A stretch of DNA of 64,000 bases from Roseibacillus sp. (lineage in GTDB: Bacteria; Verrucomicrobiota; Verrucomicrobiia; Verrucomicrobiales; Akkermansiaceae), in the NCBI GenBank assembly GCA_051251855.1, contig JBPOGI010000002.1:416001-480000 (forward strand), written 5' to 3'. The position numbers were made by a program, and so were the translations under genes. Below the pieces are notes generated by a model that made no database searches, was not told the DNA's origin, and worked only from the letters and a program-made list of their open reading frames with translations. Shown here piece by piece: positions 10,949 to 19,772 of this stretch (the first letter of the stretch is position 1; every line of letters begins with the position of its first letter).

Positions 10949-11638
10949 TTATAGGCGGTTTCTTCGGAAGAAAAAGATGCCCAAAGTCATTGAGGCGAAG
11001 AGGGGAAGGCTGGGCTCGGGCACGGCAGAGAAGGTGCCAAGCATCCTGACGGAGAAATCACCCGCCGGGCCGTTGTTAAAACTAAATTGCAAGCTATCGA
11101 CTTGCGAGAAGTCGGTGGCGCTCGCATTGGTGAAGGAGGAGAAGGGAAAGTCAATGAGGGTGTCGTTGGTGAGGGCGCTCGCTTGAAGGATTTGGAGGCT
11201 AGCGACCTGACTGTTGATGTCGGTTACTGAGACGCTGATTTCGAGATTTGCATCAGAGTCGGCAACGAGGAAGGCGAGCGAGGTAGCGCCACCTGCCGAG
11301 AGGTCGAAGCCACCGAGTCCGGCGCTATTGGCATCATAGGTGAGGGAGAGGTCGGCGGTGAGACCGGGGCCGAGTTCGGCAAAGTATTGGCCTGTGACAG
11401 AACTGACACCCACATTGGCAGTACGCGCAAAAGGGTTAGAGGTGACTGTTACCTCGATATTGCGCCAAGCTCCTGGAATGGAGTTTGAGGGATCTTGGAA
11501 GCTCTGTTGATGGGAGCCGGAGGAAACGGAGAGAGGGCTAGGGCCTGAGTCAAAGTTGTCGAGCGCCTGAACCAAAGTCAGTGCGGCTGGGCAATTGAAG
11601 GAGACGGCAAAAGTGCAAAGGAGAGTAGGGCGAATCAT
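10949..11638 (-). CDS. PEP-CTERM sorting domain protein
   Basis: Signal-like N-terminus and C-terminal VPEPS-hydrophobic-RRNR. Confidence 0.88.
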   Translation of the reverse strand: MIRPTLLCTFAVSFNCPAALTLVQALDNFDSGPSPLSVSSGSHQQSFQDPSNSIPGAWRNIEVTVTSNPFARTANVGVSSVTGQYFAELGPGLTADLSLTYDANSAGLGGFDLSAGGATSLAFLVADSDANLEISVSVTDINSQVASLQILQASALTNDTLIDFPFSSFTNASATDFSQVDSLQFSFNNGPAGDFSVRMLGTFSAVPEPSLPLFASMTLGIFFFRRNRL

Positions 11639-11686
11639 GTGGGGGAGGGAATCAGTTGGCTGAATAACAACTCCCTCTATGATGGG

Positions 11687-12430
11687 CTACAAGCCTTCTC
11701 GACGCCGTCTGAGACATACTCCGAAGCTAGATATTGCAATGAGTATCAAAGAAGAAGGCTCTGGAATCGATTGAGTGTTAACTGCTCTGACAGAGACTTC
11801 AGATATCACGATGTCGGGGGCTCCTTGGCCGGTAATATTGTGCACTTCTACCTGCAGGGAGGTGAGATTTTGCATGTCGATACTCTCAAAGACATCATAA
11901 GGAATGTCGACTTGCTGGCGAGAATAGTTGGCTTCTTGTCGGAAGACGTGGGTCTCAGGGAGTCCACCGAGGGATTCCATGGAGATTTGGATTTCGAAGG
12001 GGGCTTGTGAGAACTCGACTAAGAGTCCAAGGCAATTGGCGGCGTTCGACATGGTCATATCGAAGGTCATGCCGCTGGGGGCTTGATAGTCCAACCAAGT
12101 CCGAGCGCTCACCCCAGGGCCGTAGGAAAGCACGAAGATGCCATGTTCGGCGGCGATTTCGGCAGTGACGGATCGTTCTTCAGGGATGAGGTTCGCGTCG
12201 ATGCCTAAGTTGCGCGTCCATCCTTGAAGGAGGCTTTCATTCTGAAGAGGCATGGAACTTTGCTGGGCTTCGACGGTGCGTAGCGAGAGATTCTGAGAAC
12301 CTTGGGAAAAATTGTCGAGTTGACCAATGGTGACCGCGAAAGCTTGGCTAGAAAGGGAGAAGACAAGGCTCGGAAGTAGGCTTCTTGTGCGGAGGAGGTT
12401 GTTGAAAGAGGGGAAGGTAGGCATGAACAT
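11687..12430 (-). CDS. PEP-CTERM sorting domain protein, distant paralogue of the neighbouring gene
   Basis: C-terminal IPEPSS-hydrophobic-RRRR. It shares LDNF, GxxRN and GPG motifs with 10949..11638. The start is uncertain (12430 or 12424). Confidence 0.85.
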   Translation of the reverse strand: MFMPTFPSFNNLLRTRSLLPSLVFSLSSQAFAVTIGQLDNFSQGSQNLSLRTVEAQQSSMPLQNESLLQGWTRNLGIDANLIPEERSVTAEIAAEHGIFVLSYGPGVSARTWLDYQAPSGMTFDMTMSNAANCLGLLVEFSQAPFEIQISMESLGGLPETHVFRQEANYSRQQVDIPYDVFESIDMQNLTSLQVEVHNITGQGAPDIVISEVSVRAVNTQSIPEPSSLILIAISSFGVCLRRRREGL

Positions 12431-12680
12431 CAAGAGGACTTAAAAACTAAGAACCCTGAGAGCTGATTTCGTTCATGCTTTTGTTGAGATTTTTTAGAAG
12501 AGGAGGAGCCTACTGCGAAAGCAAGGCTGCAGAGTGAAGCTGAGTTGAACAAGTCGGGCTGTAGGACTATCAAAATGCTCTCCAAACCTCTTTTGTCATT
12601 GGAGTGCTCCGGAGAATCTTTTCCTAAAACCAATAGCTACCTCTCCATCGGGGGAAATCATGCTTTGGTGGACGACAGAG

Positions 12681-12937
12681 GTCGAATGGCACTGTGATAG
12701 GCAAAAAATCGAGAGCTTGCAAAAGCAGGGGCCGCAGGCTCGGGAGAGTGGCTTTCTAAGCTGCTGAGGTTGCTCTCGCTCATAGGGGGACGGATGAATC
12801 ACCGCAGGAATAGTAGCTTCGGGAAGGAACAGGCCTACCCTCAACATTCTTTGTTTTAAGGTAGCGGCTTAGAAAGACCACGTTCCCATTTCCTTGTCCT
12901 CGATATCACAAGGTCTCTTAGCACAGTGCCATTCGAC
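12681..12937. repeat. Fold-back repeat element, copy A
   Basis: Perfect 16-bp terminal inverted repeat GTCGAATGGCACTGTG/CACAGTGCCATTCGAC. An inner stem pairs 12742-12765 with 12863-12887. Homologous to 19050-19320 and 19430-19695. Confidence 0.85.
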
Positions 12938-12955
12938 TGAGGTTGATCCTCTTTT

Positions 12956-14857
12956 TTAGTCGGCGAGACCGAGCTCTGCCTTTCGGGCTTCGAGTTCTTC
13001 CCAGCGGGCGTAAAGGTCGGCGACTACTTTTTGTGCGGCTTCGACCTTGGCAGTTTCGGCAGGGAGGTCGTGAAGGTGTTCGGCTTGGAAGGCGGGGTCG
13101 TTGATTTTTTCGGCGATCACTTCGACAGCGACTTCGGCTTCTGCGATGCGGTCTTCGATGGTCTCGAGGTCGGAGCGCTCTTTGTTGGAGAGAGGTTTTG
13201 CCTTCTTACGAGGGGCTTCGGCTTCCTTGGTGGACTTACTGGATTTCTCGTAGGCAGCCAGTTGGAGGCGCTCGGCAGTTTCGCGTGCTTGGCGTTTCTC
13301 GAGGTAATAGGAATAGTTGCCGGGTTGCACGACGACGCCCCCGTCTTCGAAGGCTACGATTTGGTCGCAGATGCGGTCGAGGAAGTAGCGGTCGTGAGAG
13401 ACGCAGATGACAGTGCCTTTGAAGACGGCAAGGGCCTCCTCCAGCATGCGAAGAGAGGGCAGATCGAGGTCGTTGGTGGGCTCGTCGAGAACGATAAGGT
13501 TACCGCCGTTTTTGAGGACTTTGGCGAGCATGAGGCGGGCGCGTTCGCCACCGGAGAGGAGGTCGACACGCTCGTTGATGCGGTCGTCGCTAAAGAGGAA
13601 ACGTTTGAGGTAGGAGCGGGCGGAGATGGTTTGGTCTCCGAAGAAGATCTTGTCGTTACCGTTCGAGATTTCGTCGAGGAGGGAGCCGGTGCCATCGAGT
13701 TGCATGCGGCTTTGGTCGATGTAGTTGACCTTGACGCGCTTGCCGAGGGTGGCGTGGCCGGCGGAGGGCTTGATTTGGTCGAGGCAGAGTTTGAGCAGGG
13801 TGGTCTTTCCGGTGCCGTTGCGGCCGACGATACCAGTGCATTGACCGGGGCGGAACTCGAGGTCGAGGTTGCGGAAGAGCCAGCGGGGGTCGTTTTCGCT
13901 GCCGACATTGACGCCTGCTTTTTCGAGTTCGACGACCACGTTGCCGAGGCCGGGAGGCGGGGGGATGAGGAGGTCCATCTCAGCTTCCTCGACGGGAGCG
14001 TCTTGGTCTTTGACATCGTAGAAGGCGTCGAGGCGGCTGCGAGATTTAGTGGTGCGCGCTTTGACGCCAGCGCGAACCCACTCGAGTTCTTCTTTGAGGA
14101 ACTTTTGGCGCTTCTTTTCGGTGTTACTGGCGATGTCCTGGCGGATTGCCTTGGACTCGAGGAAGGCCGTGTAGTTGCCGGGGTGGGAGTAGGCTTTGCC
14201 GCCGTCGATCTCAATGATACGGGTGGCGATGGTGTCGAGAAAGTAGCGGTCGTGAGTGACGAAGATGACGGCTCCGGTAAAGGCGCGCAGGGTGCTCTCG
14301 AGCCAGCTGATCGATTCGGCGTCGAGGTGGTTGGTGGGCTCGTCTAACAGCAGGAGGTCGGGCTGCCGGACGAGAGCGCGGCAAAGGGCGACCCGGCGTT
14401 TCTCACCGCCGGAGAGGTCAGTGATGGGAGAGTCGAGGGCGGGGGCGCCGAGGGCTTCGGCTGTGGTCTTGATGCGGAGGTCGAGGTTCCAGCCGTCAGC
14501 ATGGTCGATGAACTGAAGCAGGTCGGCGAGTTCGTCTTCGGTGCCGAGGCCTTCTTCGTAGCGGGTGATGGCTTCGGCGAGGTCGGCGACGCCGGAGGTG
14601 ATGTTCTCGAGGACGCTGAGATTGGGGTCGAGCTCGAACTCTTGGGGGAGGTAGCCGACGCGGAGTTCGCGGCGGAGGGCGATGTCGCCAGAGTCGGGTT
14701 CGGACTCACGGGAGAGGATTTTGAGGAGAGAAGTTTTTCCGCAACCGTTGCGGCCCACCATACCGACTTTTTCGCCGGCTTCGACAGCGAGGGTGACGCC
14801 ATCAAGAAGGTTTTGGTGGCCGTAGGAGAGGGTGAGTTCGTTCGCAGAAAGGAGCAC
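12956..14857 (-). CDS. ABC-F family ATP-binding protein (Uup-like)
   Basis: Two ABC cassettes (GRNGCGKT/LSGGE/LLDEPTNHLD and GRNGTGKT/LSGGE/LDEPTNDLD), no TM segments, and a C-terminal coiled-coil ending LYARWEELE. Confidence 0.93.
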   Translation of the reverse strand: MLLSANELTLSYGHQNLLDGVTLAVEAGEKVGMVGRNGCGKTSLLKILSRESEPDSGDIALRRELRVGYLPQEFELDPNLSVLENITSGVADLAEAITRYEEGLGTEDELADLLQFIDHADGWNLDLRIKTTAEALGAPALDSPITDLSGGEKRRVALCRALVRQPDLLLLDEPTNHLDAESISWLESTLRAFTGAVIFVTHDRYFLDTIATRIIEIDGGKAYSHPGNYTAFLESKAIRQDIASNTEKKRQKFLKEELEWVRAGVKARTTKSRSRLDAFYDVKDQDAPVEEAEMDLLIPPPPGLGNVVVELEKAGVNVGSENDPRWLFRNLDLEFRPGQCTGIVGRNGTGKTTLLKLCLDQIKPSAGHATLGKRVKVNYIDQSRMQLDGTGSLLDEISNGNDKIFFGDQTISARSYLKRFLFSDDRINERVDLLSGGERARLMLAKVLKNGGNLIVLDEPTNDLDLPSLRMLEEALAVFKGTVICVSHDRYFLDRICDQIVAFEDGGVVVQPGNYSYYLEKRQARETAERLQLAAYEKSSKSTKEAEAPRKKAKPLSNKERSDLETIEDRIAEAEVAVEVIAEKINDPAFQAEHLHDLPAETAKVEAAQKVVADLYARWEELEARKAELGLAD

Positions 14858-14964
14858 GGCTTAGACTTGGAGAAAGCAGAGACTAGAGGCCAGACTTTTC
14901 TGTTCGCCCTCTTTCGAAGAGGAGACAGAAATCGAGCTTTTCGTTCCCTTAGCCCCTTCAAAGG

Positions 14965-15582
14965 TTATTGTTTTTCGCTCTTGGTTGCCTCGAGATTTTT
15001 AAGGGTTGCTTGAGCTTGTTCGCGGACGGTGGTGTCTTCGAACTCCAAAGCGATGAGTTCTTCGAGGGAGGTTTGAGCCTCTTTGATTTGCTTTGTATTG
15101 AGGTAGCAGCGTGCGAGATTGAGTAGGCTTTTGGCTTTTAAATCAGGCTTATCGGATTCGGCTTTGGAGATGAGGAAGTAGGGGACGGCGTCCGCAAATC
15201 TTTTGTCGTTGTAGGTCAAGGCTCCGAGGCGGAAGGCTGCGCTAGCGGCGTTCTGTCCGGAATTTTTGGAGGCCTTCAGGGTATTTTGAAAGGCTTTTTC
15301 AGCCGAGGAACGTTTGCCTGTGAGAAGGTCGCAGACTCCAGAGCGATAGTAGGCGCTGGGGGTTTCGGGATGATCGGGGTTTTCTGAAATGAATTGCTGG
15401 AAGAGCTCCTTTGCAGTTTGGAAAAGTTGACGTTTTTCCTCGGCAGTTTCGCCGGAGTGTCTTTCGGACAGTGCGAGCTTGCCGGCTTTGTAGGCTTTGT
15501 CCGCTTTTTGGAAGAGTTCGGGGGTGTCTGGTGCCGAAAAGGCTCCAAGAGCAGTGAGGAGGAAAGCGAAAAAGATTTTCAT
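14965..15582 (-). CDS. Exported tetratricopeptide-repeat protein
   Basis: Signal peptide MKIFFAFLLTALGAFS followed by several TPR-like helical pairs. Confidence 0.8.
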   Translation of the reverse strand: MKIFFAFLLTALGAFSAPDTPELFQKADKAYKAGKLALSERHSGETAEEKRQLFQTAKELFQQFISENPDHPETPSAYYRSGVCDLLTGKRSSAEKAFQNTLKASKNSGQNAASAAFRLGALTYNDKRFADAVPYFLISKAESDKPDLKAKSLLNLARCYLNTKQIKEAQTSLEELIALEFEDTTVREQAQATLKNLEATKSEKQ

Positions 15583-15780
15583 GATTTTTAGGAGGCGGTT
15601 TATCGAGAATTCTTTCACTCAACTAGCCAAGTATTGTGTCCAGTTTGAAAACAAGATCAAGGTCCCATAACGGTAAGAGCGCGCTCAGGCTCGGACCAGT
15701 GGGGCGGACTGAAGTTCCGCGGTCCGTTTTTAATGCCTGCTGCTGGCAGCATCAGGCTCGGACCGCTGCAGATGCGTTTG

Positions 15781-16563
15781 CTATTGTTGGTCGTATTCGC
15801 CGAGGTCGCGGACCCAGATGTTGCGGAATTCGATAGGGTCGTTGTGCCATTGGAGCATAATGGGACCTTTCTCGGGGTGGTTCTTGGGATAGCTGGCAGT
15901 CTTTTGGTGCTGGGTGGGACCTTGTAGCTCTTTCGCTGCTTGTACGACGACTCCGTTGAAGAGGACTGTGATCTGGGCTGGAGTGACGACCTTTCCGTCC
16001 TTGGAAACGGGGGCATTGAAGATAATGTCGTAGCTTTGCCATTCACCCTGTGGAGTGGCGGGGTTTACGAGGGGCGGGAATTGGCCGTAGATGGCGCCGG
16101 CTTGACCGTCGGGGTAGGTGACGTTGGTGTGGCTTTCTCCGACTTGGACTTCGTATTTTCCCATCAAAAAGATGCCTGAGTTGCCTCCTTTTTGCCCGTC
16201 GACTTTGCGATCAGAAGGCACGCGGTACTCGATGTGGACTTGGCAATCGCCGAATTGTTCCTTGGTAATGAGAGGCTTGGGGGAGGCGATGAGGATACCG
16301 TCTTCGACCTTCCAGTTACCCTTCCAAGCGTCGGTGTTGGTGCCGTCGAAGAGAACTTTGGCATCGGAGGGAGCTTTGACCGAGACTGCGCCTCCGCTTT
16401 CGACTTTGCGAGGTTGCGGTCGGGTGGTGTCGTGAACGGAATACTCGGAACCGGGGATGAGGGGGGCATTCGGGTAAAGTTTCTTGGTTTGCTGCTCACT
16501 ATGGTGATCCGCGAGAAGAAGTCCGGTAGGAAGAAGGGCGAGAATGGTGAGTTTTGTTTTCAT
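15781..16563 (-). CDS. DUF1080 / 3-keto-disaccharide hydrolase family protein
   Basis: Signal peptide; motifs LFDG, FGDCQVHIEY, GNSGIF, YEVQ, GEWQSYDIIF and IEFRNIWVR. Confidence 0.92.
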   Translation of the reverse strand: MKTKLTILALLPTGLLLADHHSEQQTKKLYPNAPLIPGSEYSVHDTTRPQPRKVESGGAVSVKAPSDAKVLFDGTNTDAWKGNWKVEDGILIASPKPLITKEQFGDCQVHIEYRVPSDRKVDGQKGGNSGIFLMGKYEVQVGESHTNVTYPDGQAGAIYGQFPPLVNPATPQGEWQSYDIIFNAPVSKDGKVVTPAQITVLFNGVVVQAAKELQGPTQHQKTASYPKNHPEKGPIMLQWHNDPIEFRNIWVRDLGEYDQQ

Positions 16564-16615
16564 AGAGCTGATTTAATAGACTGATGAAGAGGCGAGGATC
16601 TTTCAGAGGGAAAGG

Positions 16616-17266
16616 CTATCGCAAGATGAAGAGGACGACGGCTAAGGCGTGGCAGGTGGAGCCAGCAAGGACAAAGAGGTGCCAGATGGCGTGGTTGTAG
16701 GGGAGCTTTTGCCAGGCGAAAAAGATGACGCCGAAGGTGTAGGAGAGTCCTCCTGCGACAAGGAGCCAAAGGCCGGCAGGGGGGAGTTCCTTGATAATGG
16801 ATGGAAGGATGGAGACGATGAGCCAGCCCATGACGACATAGAGGGCGGTGGAGGCCCAGTGCTCGCGGTTGCCGCGCATAAGAGCCTTGGTGAGGATGCC
16901 GCCGATAGCGAGAAACCAGATGACGCCGAAGATGGTCCAGCCAAGAGGTCCGCGAATGGCGACGAGGGTGAGGGGGGTATAGGAGCCGGCGATCAGGAGA
17001 TAGATGGCCGAGTGGTCAAAGATTTGGAAGAGCTCTTTGATTTTGTGGCCCGTGAAGCTGTGGTAAAGCGTGGAAGAGAGGTAGAGCACGATCATGCTGG
17101 TTCCAAAGACGACTCCTGAGACCATGGCCCATGCGTCTTTGGCAACGATGCACATGAAGACGAGGCAAGTGATCGAAGCGACAACACCGATGCCATGGGT
17201 GATGGCGGAGGCGAGTTCTTCCCGAGGAGAGTCGCAGAGTGGGGAGCGTGGTTTCTTGGGGCTCAC
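16616..17266 (-). CDS. Hemolysin III / PAQR family membrane protein
   Basis: Motifs EELASAITHG, SSTLYH, DHSAIYLLIAGSYTP and HAIWHLFVLAG, with about 7 TM helices. Confidence 0.95.
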   Translation of the reverse strand: MSPKKPRSPLCDSPREELASAITHGIGVVASITCLVFMCIVAKDAWAMVSGVVFGTSMIVLYLSSTLYHSFTGHKIKELFQIFDHSAIYLLIAGSYTPLTLVAIRGPLGWTIFGVIWFLAIGGILTKALMRGNREHWASTALYVVMGWLIVSILPSIIKELPPAGLWLLVAGGLSYTFGVIFFAWQKLPYNHAIWHLFVLAGSTCHALAVVLFILR

Positions 17267-17425
17267 AGCGGGACGCTAGAGCGTTCTCCGGACCTTGGCA
17301 AGAAGGAGGGGCCAGAATACCAAGCCGATTTCTTCGTTTTTGCAGGTCGATTGGGTGGGTGACAACGGTATTTGAATTGAATGGTGACCATTTTCCTCCA
17401 AGAGCCTTCTAAAAGAAGACATTCG

Positions 17426-18964
17426 ATGAAACGAAATACAAAAACACATACGTTGATGCCTGCGCTTGGATTGGCCATGGCGATATCCGGCCCCAGTTTT
17501 GCGGGCGATAGCAGCCTTGGCGGCTACGGTGGAGCGCTGGGCGACTCTTCAGGCTTGGGCTCAAGCCTCTTGGGCGGAGCTTCGGCAGGAAATGCGAATG
17601 CATCAGGCTGGGAAGTTACGGGCGCAGCGGGTCTTTCTCTTGCAAAGGGAAATGCCGATAGCGTGGCCTATTCTGTGCAGGCTTTGGCTACTTACGAGGG
17701 CCGACATTGGGAAGGTCTCTTGGGCGCTGACTATTTTTACTCTGAAAACGACGGTGTCACTTCTACGGATTCGTTGCGACTCTATGGTCAAGGTCAGCGC
17801 TTGTTGACCGATCGTCTTTATTTGGGTCTCGCAGGGTCTTATTTGAAGGATGATGCCGCGGACCTAGACTATCGCTTCGATGTGGCGGGCGTTTTGGGCT
17901 ACCACGTCATTAAGTCTGACCGGACCTCACTTTCCTTTGAGGTGGGTCCCGGATATGCATGGGAGGAGCAAGGTGGGCTTGCTGACGAGTATGCGACTTT
18001 GCGGTTTGGCCAGCGATTCGAGCACCAGCTCAGTGGCCGTTCAAAGTTGTGGCAAAGCGCTTATGTGACGCCACAGATTGATGATTTTGATAACTATAAC
18101 CTCATTGCTGAGGCTGGAATCGATACTTTGTTGTCGGACAAGTGGTCTTTACGTACGAGCGTTCGTTACCTTTACGACAACACTCCTGCGGCGGGTCGAA
18201 AGAGTGAGGATATGACTTTGATGGTGGGGCTAGCTTACGCGCTGGGTGGTTTTCCCGAGCCTGAAGAGGCTGGTCGAGCGACGTTGAAGGCTGACCGTGT
18301 TGCTCCCGATGTGGCAGCGATGGGCTGGACGACTTCGGCCTCGTTGGGACTGTCGATGGCGCAGGGTAACTCCGAGAATTTGCAAGCTACGGTTGGATAT
18401 GATTCTGCTTACAGGACATCGACGGATGAGTTCTTTCTCAATGGACTCTATTCTTTCGGTCAGAATGATGGCAATACCTCCGCTGATGCTTTGCGCCTTG
18501 GCTCACGTTACAATCGCCTGTTGAGCGACCGTCTCTATGCTGGTGTTGGAGTGGACTATCTCCGTGATGATGTCGCTGACCTCGGCTACCGGGTGACTGG
18601 TGCCGCTGTCGCGGGATACTATGTGATTAAGTCGGACGAGATGTCTTTAGCCTTCGAAGCTGGTCCTGGTTACACGTGGGAAGAGTCTGCAGGAGTGGAA
18701 GATTCCTATCTCACCTTGCGTGGAGCTCAGCGATTCAGTTGGGTTTTAGGTTCACGCACGACTTTCAAGCAAGATGCGATTGTCGATGTGGATCCTGGAA
18801 ACTTTGACAACTATCTCCTGACGGTTGGAGCCTACTTGGACACCGACATTACAGACTCGTTGACTTGGCGTTTGGCTGGGACATACATCTACGACAATGA
18901 ACCTACGGGTAATTTGGAGAAGTCGGATACGACGCTCACTAGTGGTATTGCGGTAAAGTTCTAG
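17426..18964 (+). CDS. Outer-membrane beta-barrel protein with two DUF481-like domains
   Basis: Signal peptide. Two homologous halves (GLSLAKGNAD...FEVGPGYAWEE and GLSMAQGNSE...FEAGPGYTWEE). Terminal Phe. Confidence 0.85.
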   Translation: MKRNTKTHTLMPALGLAMAISGPSFAGDSSLGGYGGALGDSSGLGSSLLGGASAGNANASGWEVTGAAGLSLAKGNADSVAYSVQALATYEGRHWEGLLGADYFYSENDGVTSTDSLRLYGQGQRLLTDRLYLGLAGSYLKDDAADLDYRFDVAGVLGYHVIKSDRTSLSFEVGPGYAWEEQGGLADEYATLRFGQRFEHQLSGRSKLWQSAYVTPQIDDFDNYNLIAEAGIDTLLSDKWSLRTSVRYLYDNTPAAGRKSEDMTLMVGLAYALGGFPEPEEAGRATLKADRVAPDVAAMGWTTSASLGLSMAQGNSENLQATVGYDSAYRTSTDEFFLNGLYSFGQNDGNTSADALRLGSRYNRLLSDRLYAGVGVDYLRDDVADLGYRVTGAAVAGYYVIKSDEMSLAFEAGPGYTWEESAGVEDSYLTLRGAQRFSWVLGSRTTFKQDAIVDVDPGNFDNYLLTVGAYLDTDITDSLTWRLAGTYIYDNEPTGNLEKSDTTLTSGIAVKF

Positions 18965-18981
18965 GAGTTGGTTTTTCTTTG

Positions 18982-19017
18982 AAAGCGCGATCGGGTTTGC
19001 CCGGTTGCGCTTTTTTT
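18982..19017 (+). terminator. Rho-independent terminator
   Basis: AAAGCGCGATCGGG-TTTG-CCCGGTTGCGCTTT plus a T run directly after the stop. Confidence 0.85.
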
Positions 19018-19049
19018 GTCTCTCAAATAGATTTGCTGATGAGGTTTAG

Positions 19050-19320
19050 GTCGAATGGCACGAGTTTCAGCGTATTGCTCGAGATATTGCGGAAACAATC
19101 GGGAGAGCGGTCTTTAAAAGCCGCTACCTTAAATCTTGGTCAGTTGAGGGTAGGCCTGCTGACCTTCGAATCCTTGAATCAGTAGCCTTTGAACCAGCCT
19201 TTCGAATCGCGATCAACCCCAGCGGCTTACAAAGCCACTCTCCCGAGCCCTGCGGTCCTCACTTTCAATACAAACTCGCGCTTTGGACCAGTAACTGTCC
19301 TAAGCTCGTGCCATTCGGTT
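19050..19320. repeat. Fold-back repeat element, copy B (inverted relative to A)
   Basis: 13-bp inverted repeat CGAATGGCACGAG (19052-19064)/CTCGTGCCATTCG (19305-19317). An inner stem pairs 19099-19125 with 19221-19246. Confidence 0.85.
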
Positions 19321-19429
19321 TAGGTCGTTAATTTTCTCGAGTTCTCTCAGTAGGGAGGGACCTGGCCAAGTGTCGTAGAAGAATCGAAGGGAGTCTTCCA
19401 AAGTTGAACTTTGAAAGGAACCGGTAATG

Positions 19430-19695
19430 GACGACTGAAGTCGTAGGGCGCTGTGATGGGTGAAAAATTGGGAGCTGACAAGAGCAGTGGCCACAGGCTT
19501 GAGAGAGTGGATTGTTTGAGAACGGAAGGCGGACGAATTACCACAGGAACAGCGGATTCGGGAATGAGCAGGCCTAGCCTTAACTTTCTGTGTTTTAAGA
19601 TGGCGGCTTAGAAAGACCGCGCTCCCATTTCCTTACTTGCGATATGGTGAGGGTGAGGTGTCTTTAACACAGTGCCATTGGCTTGAAGTCGAGCC
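19430..19695. repeat. Fold-back repeat element, copy C (degenerate, same orientation as A)
   Basis: Collinear with 12670-12945 (shared GGACGAC, CAGGCCTA, TGTTTTAAG, GCGGCTTAGAAAGACC, TCCCATTTCCTT and CACAGTGCCATT). Confidence 0.8.
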
Positions 19696-19772
19696 TCCTA
19701 TTTTATCCGGGAATGGATGTTTGGATAGATGAGGGTGTTTAACTCTTGGGACTTGAGTGAGGGACTTTTGCC

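Noticed and set aside
13031..14347. 438-aa plus-strand ORF
   Set aside because: Antisense shadow of the ABC-F gene, with no recognisable motifs.
12681..19695. Fold-back repeats as CRISPR repeats or integron attC sites
   Set aside because: There is no repeat-spacer periodicity, no RYYYAAC/GTTRRRY ends, and no cas or integrase gene.
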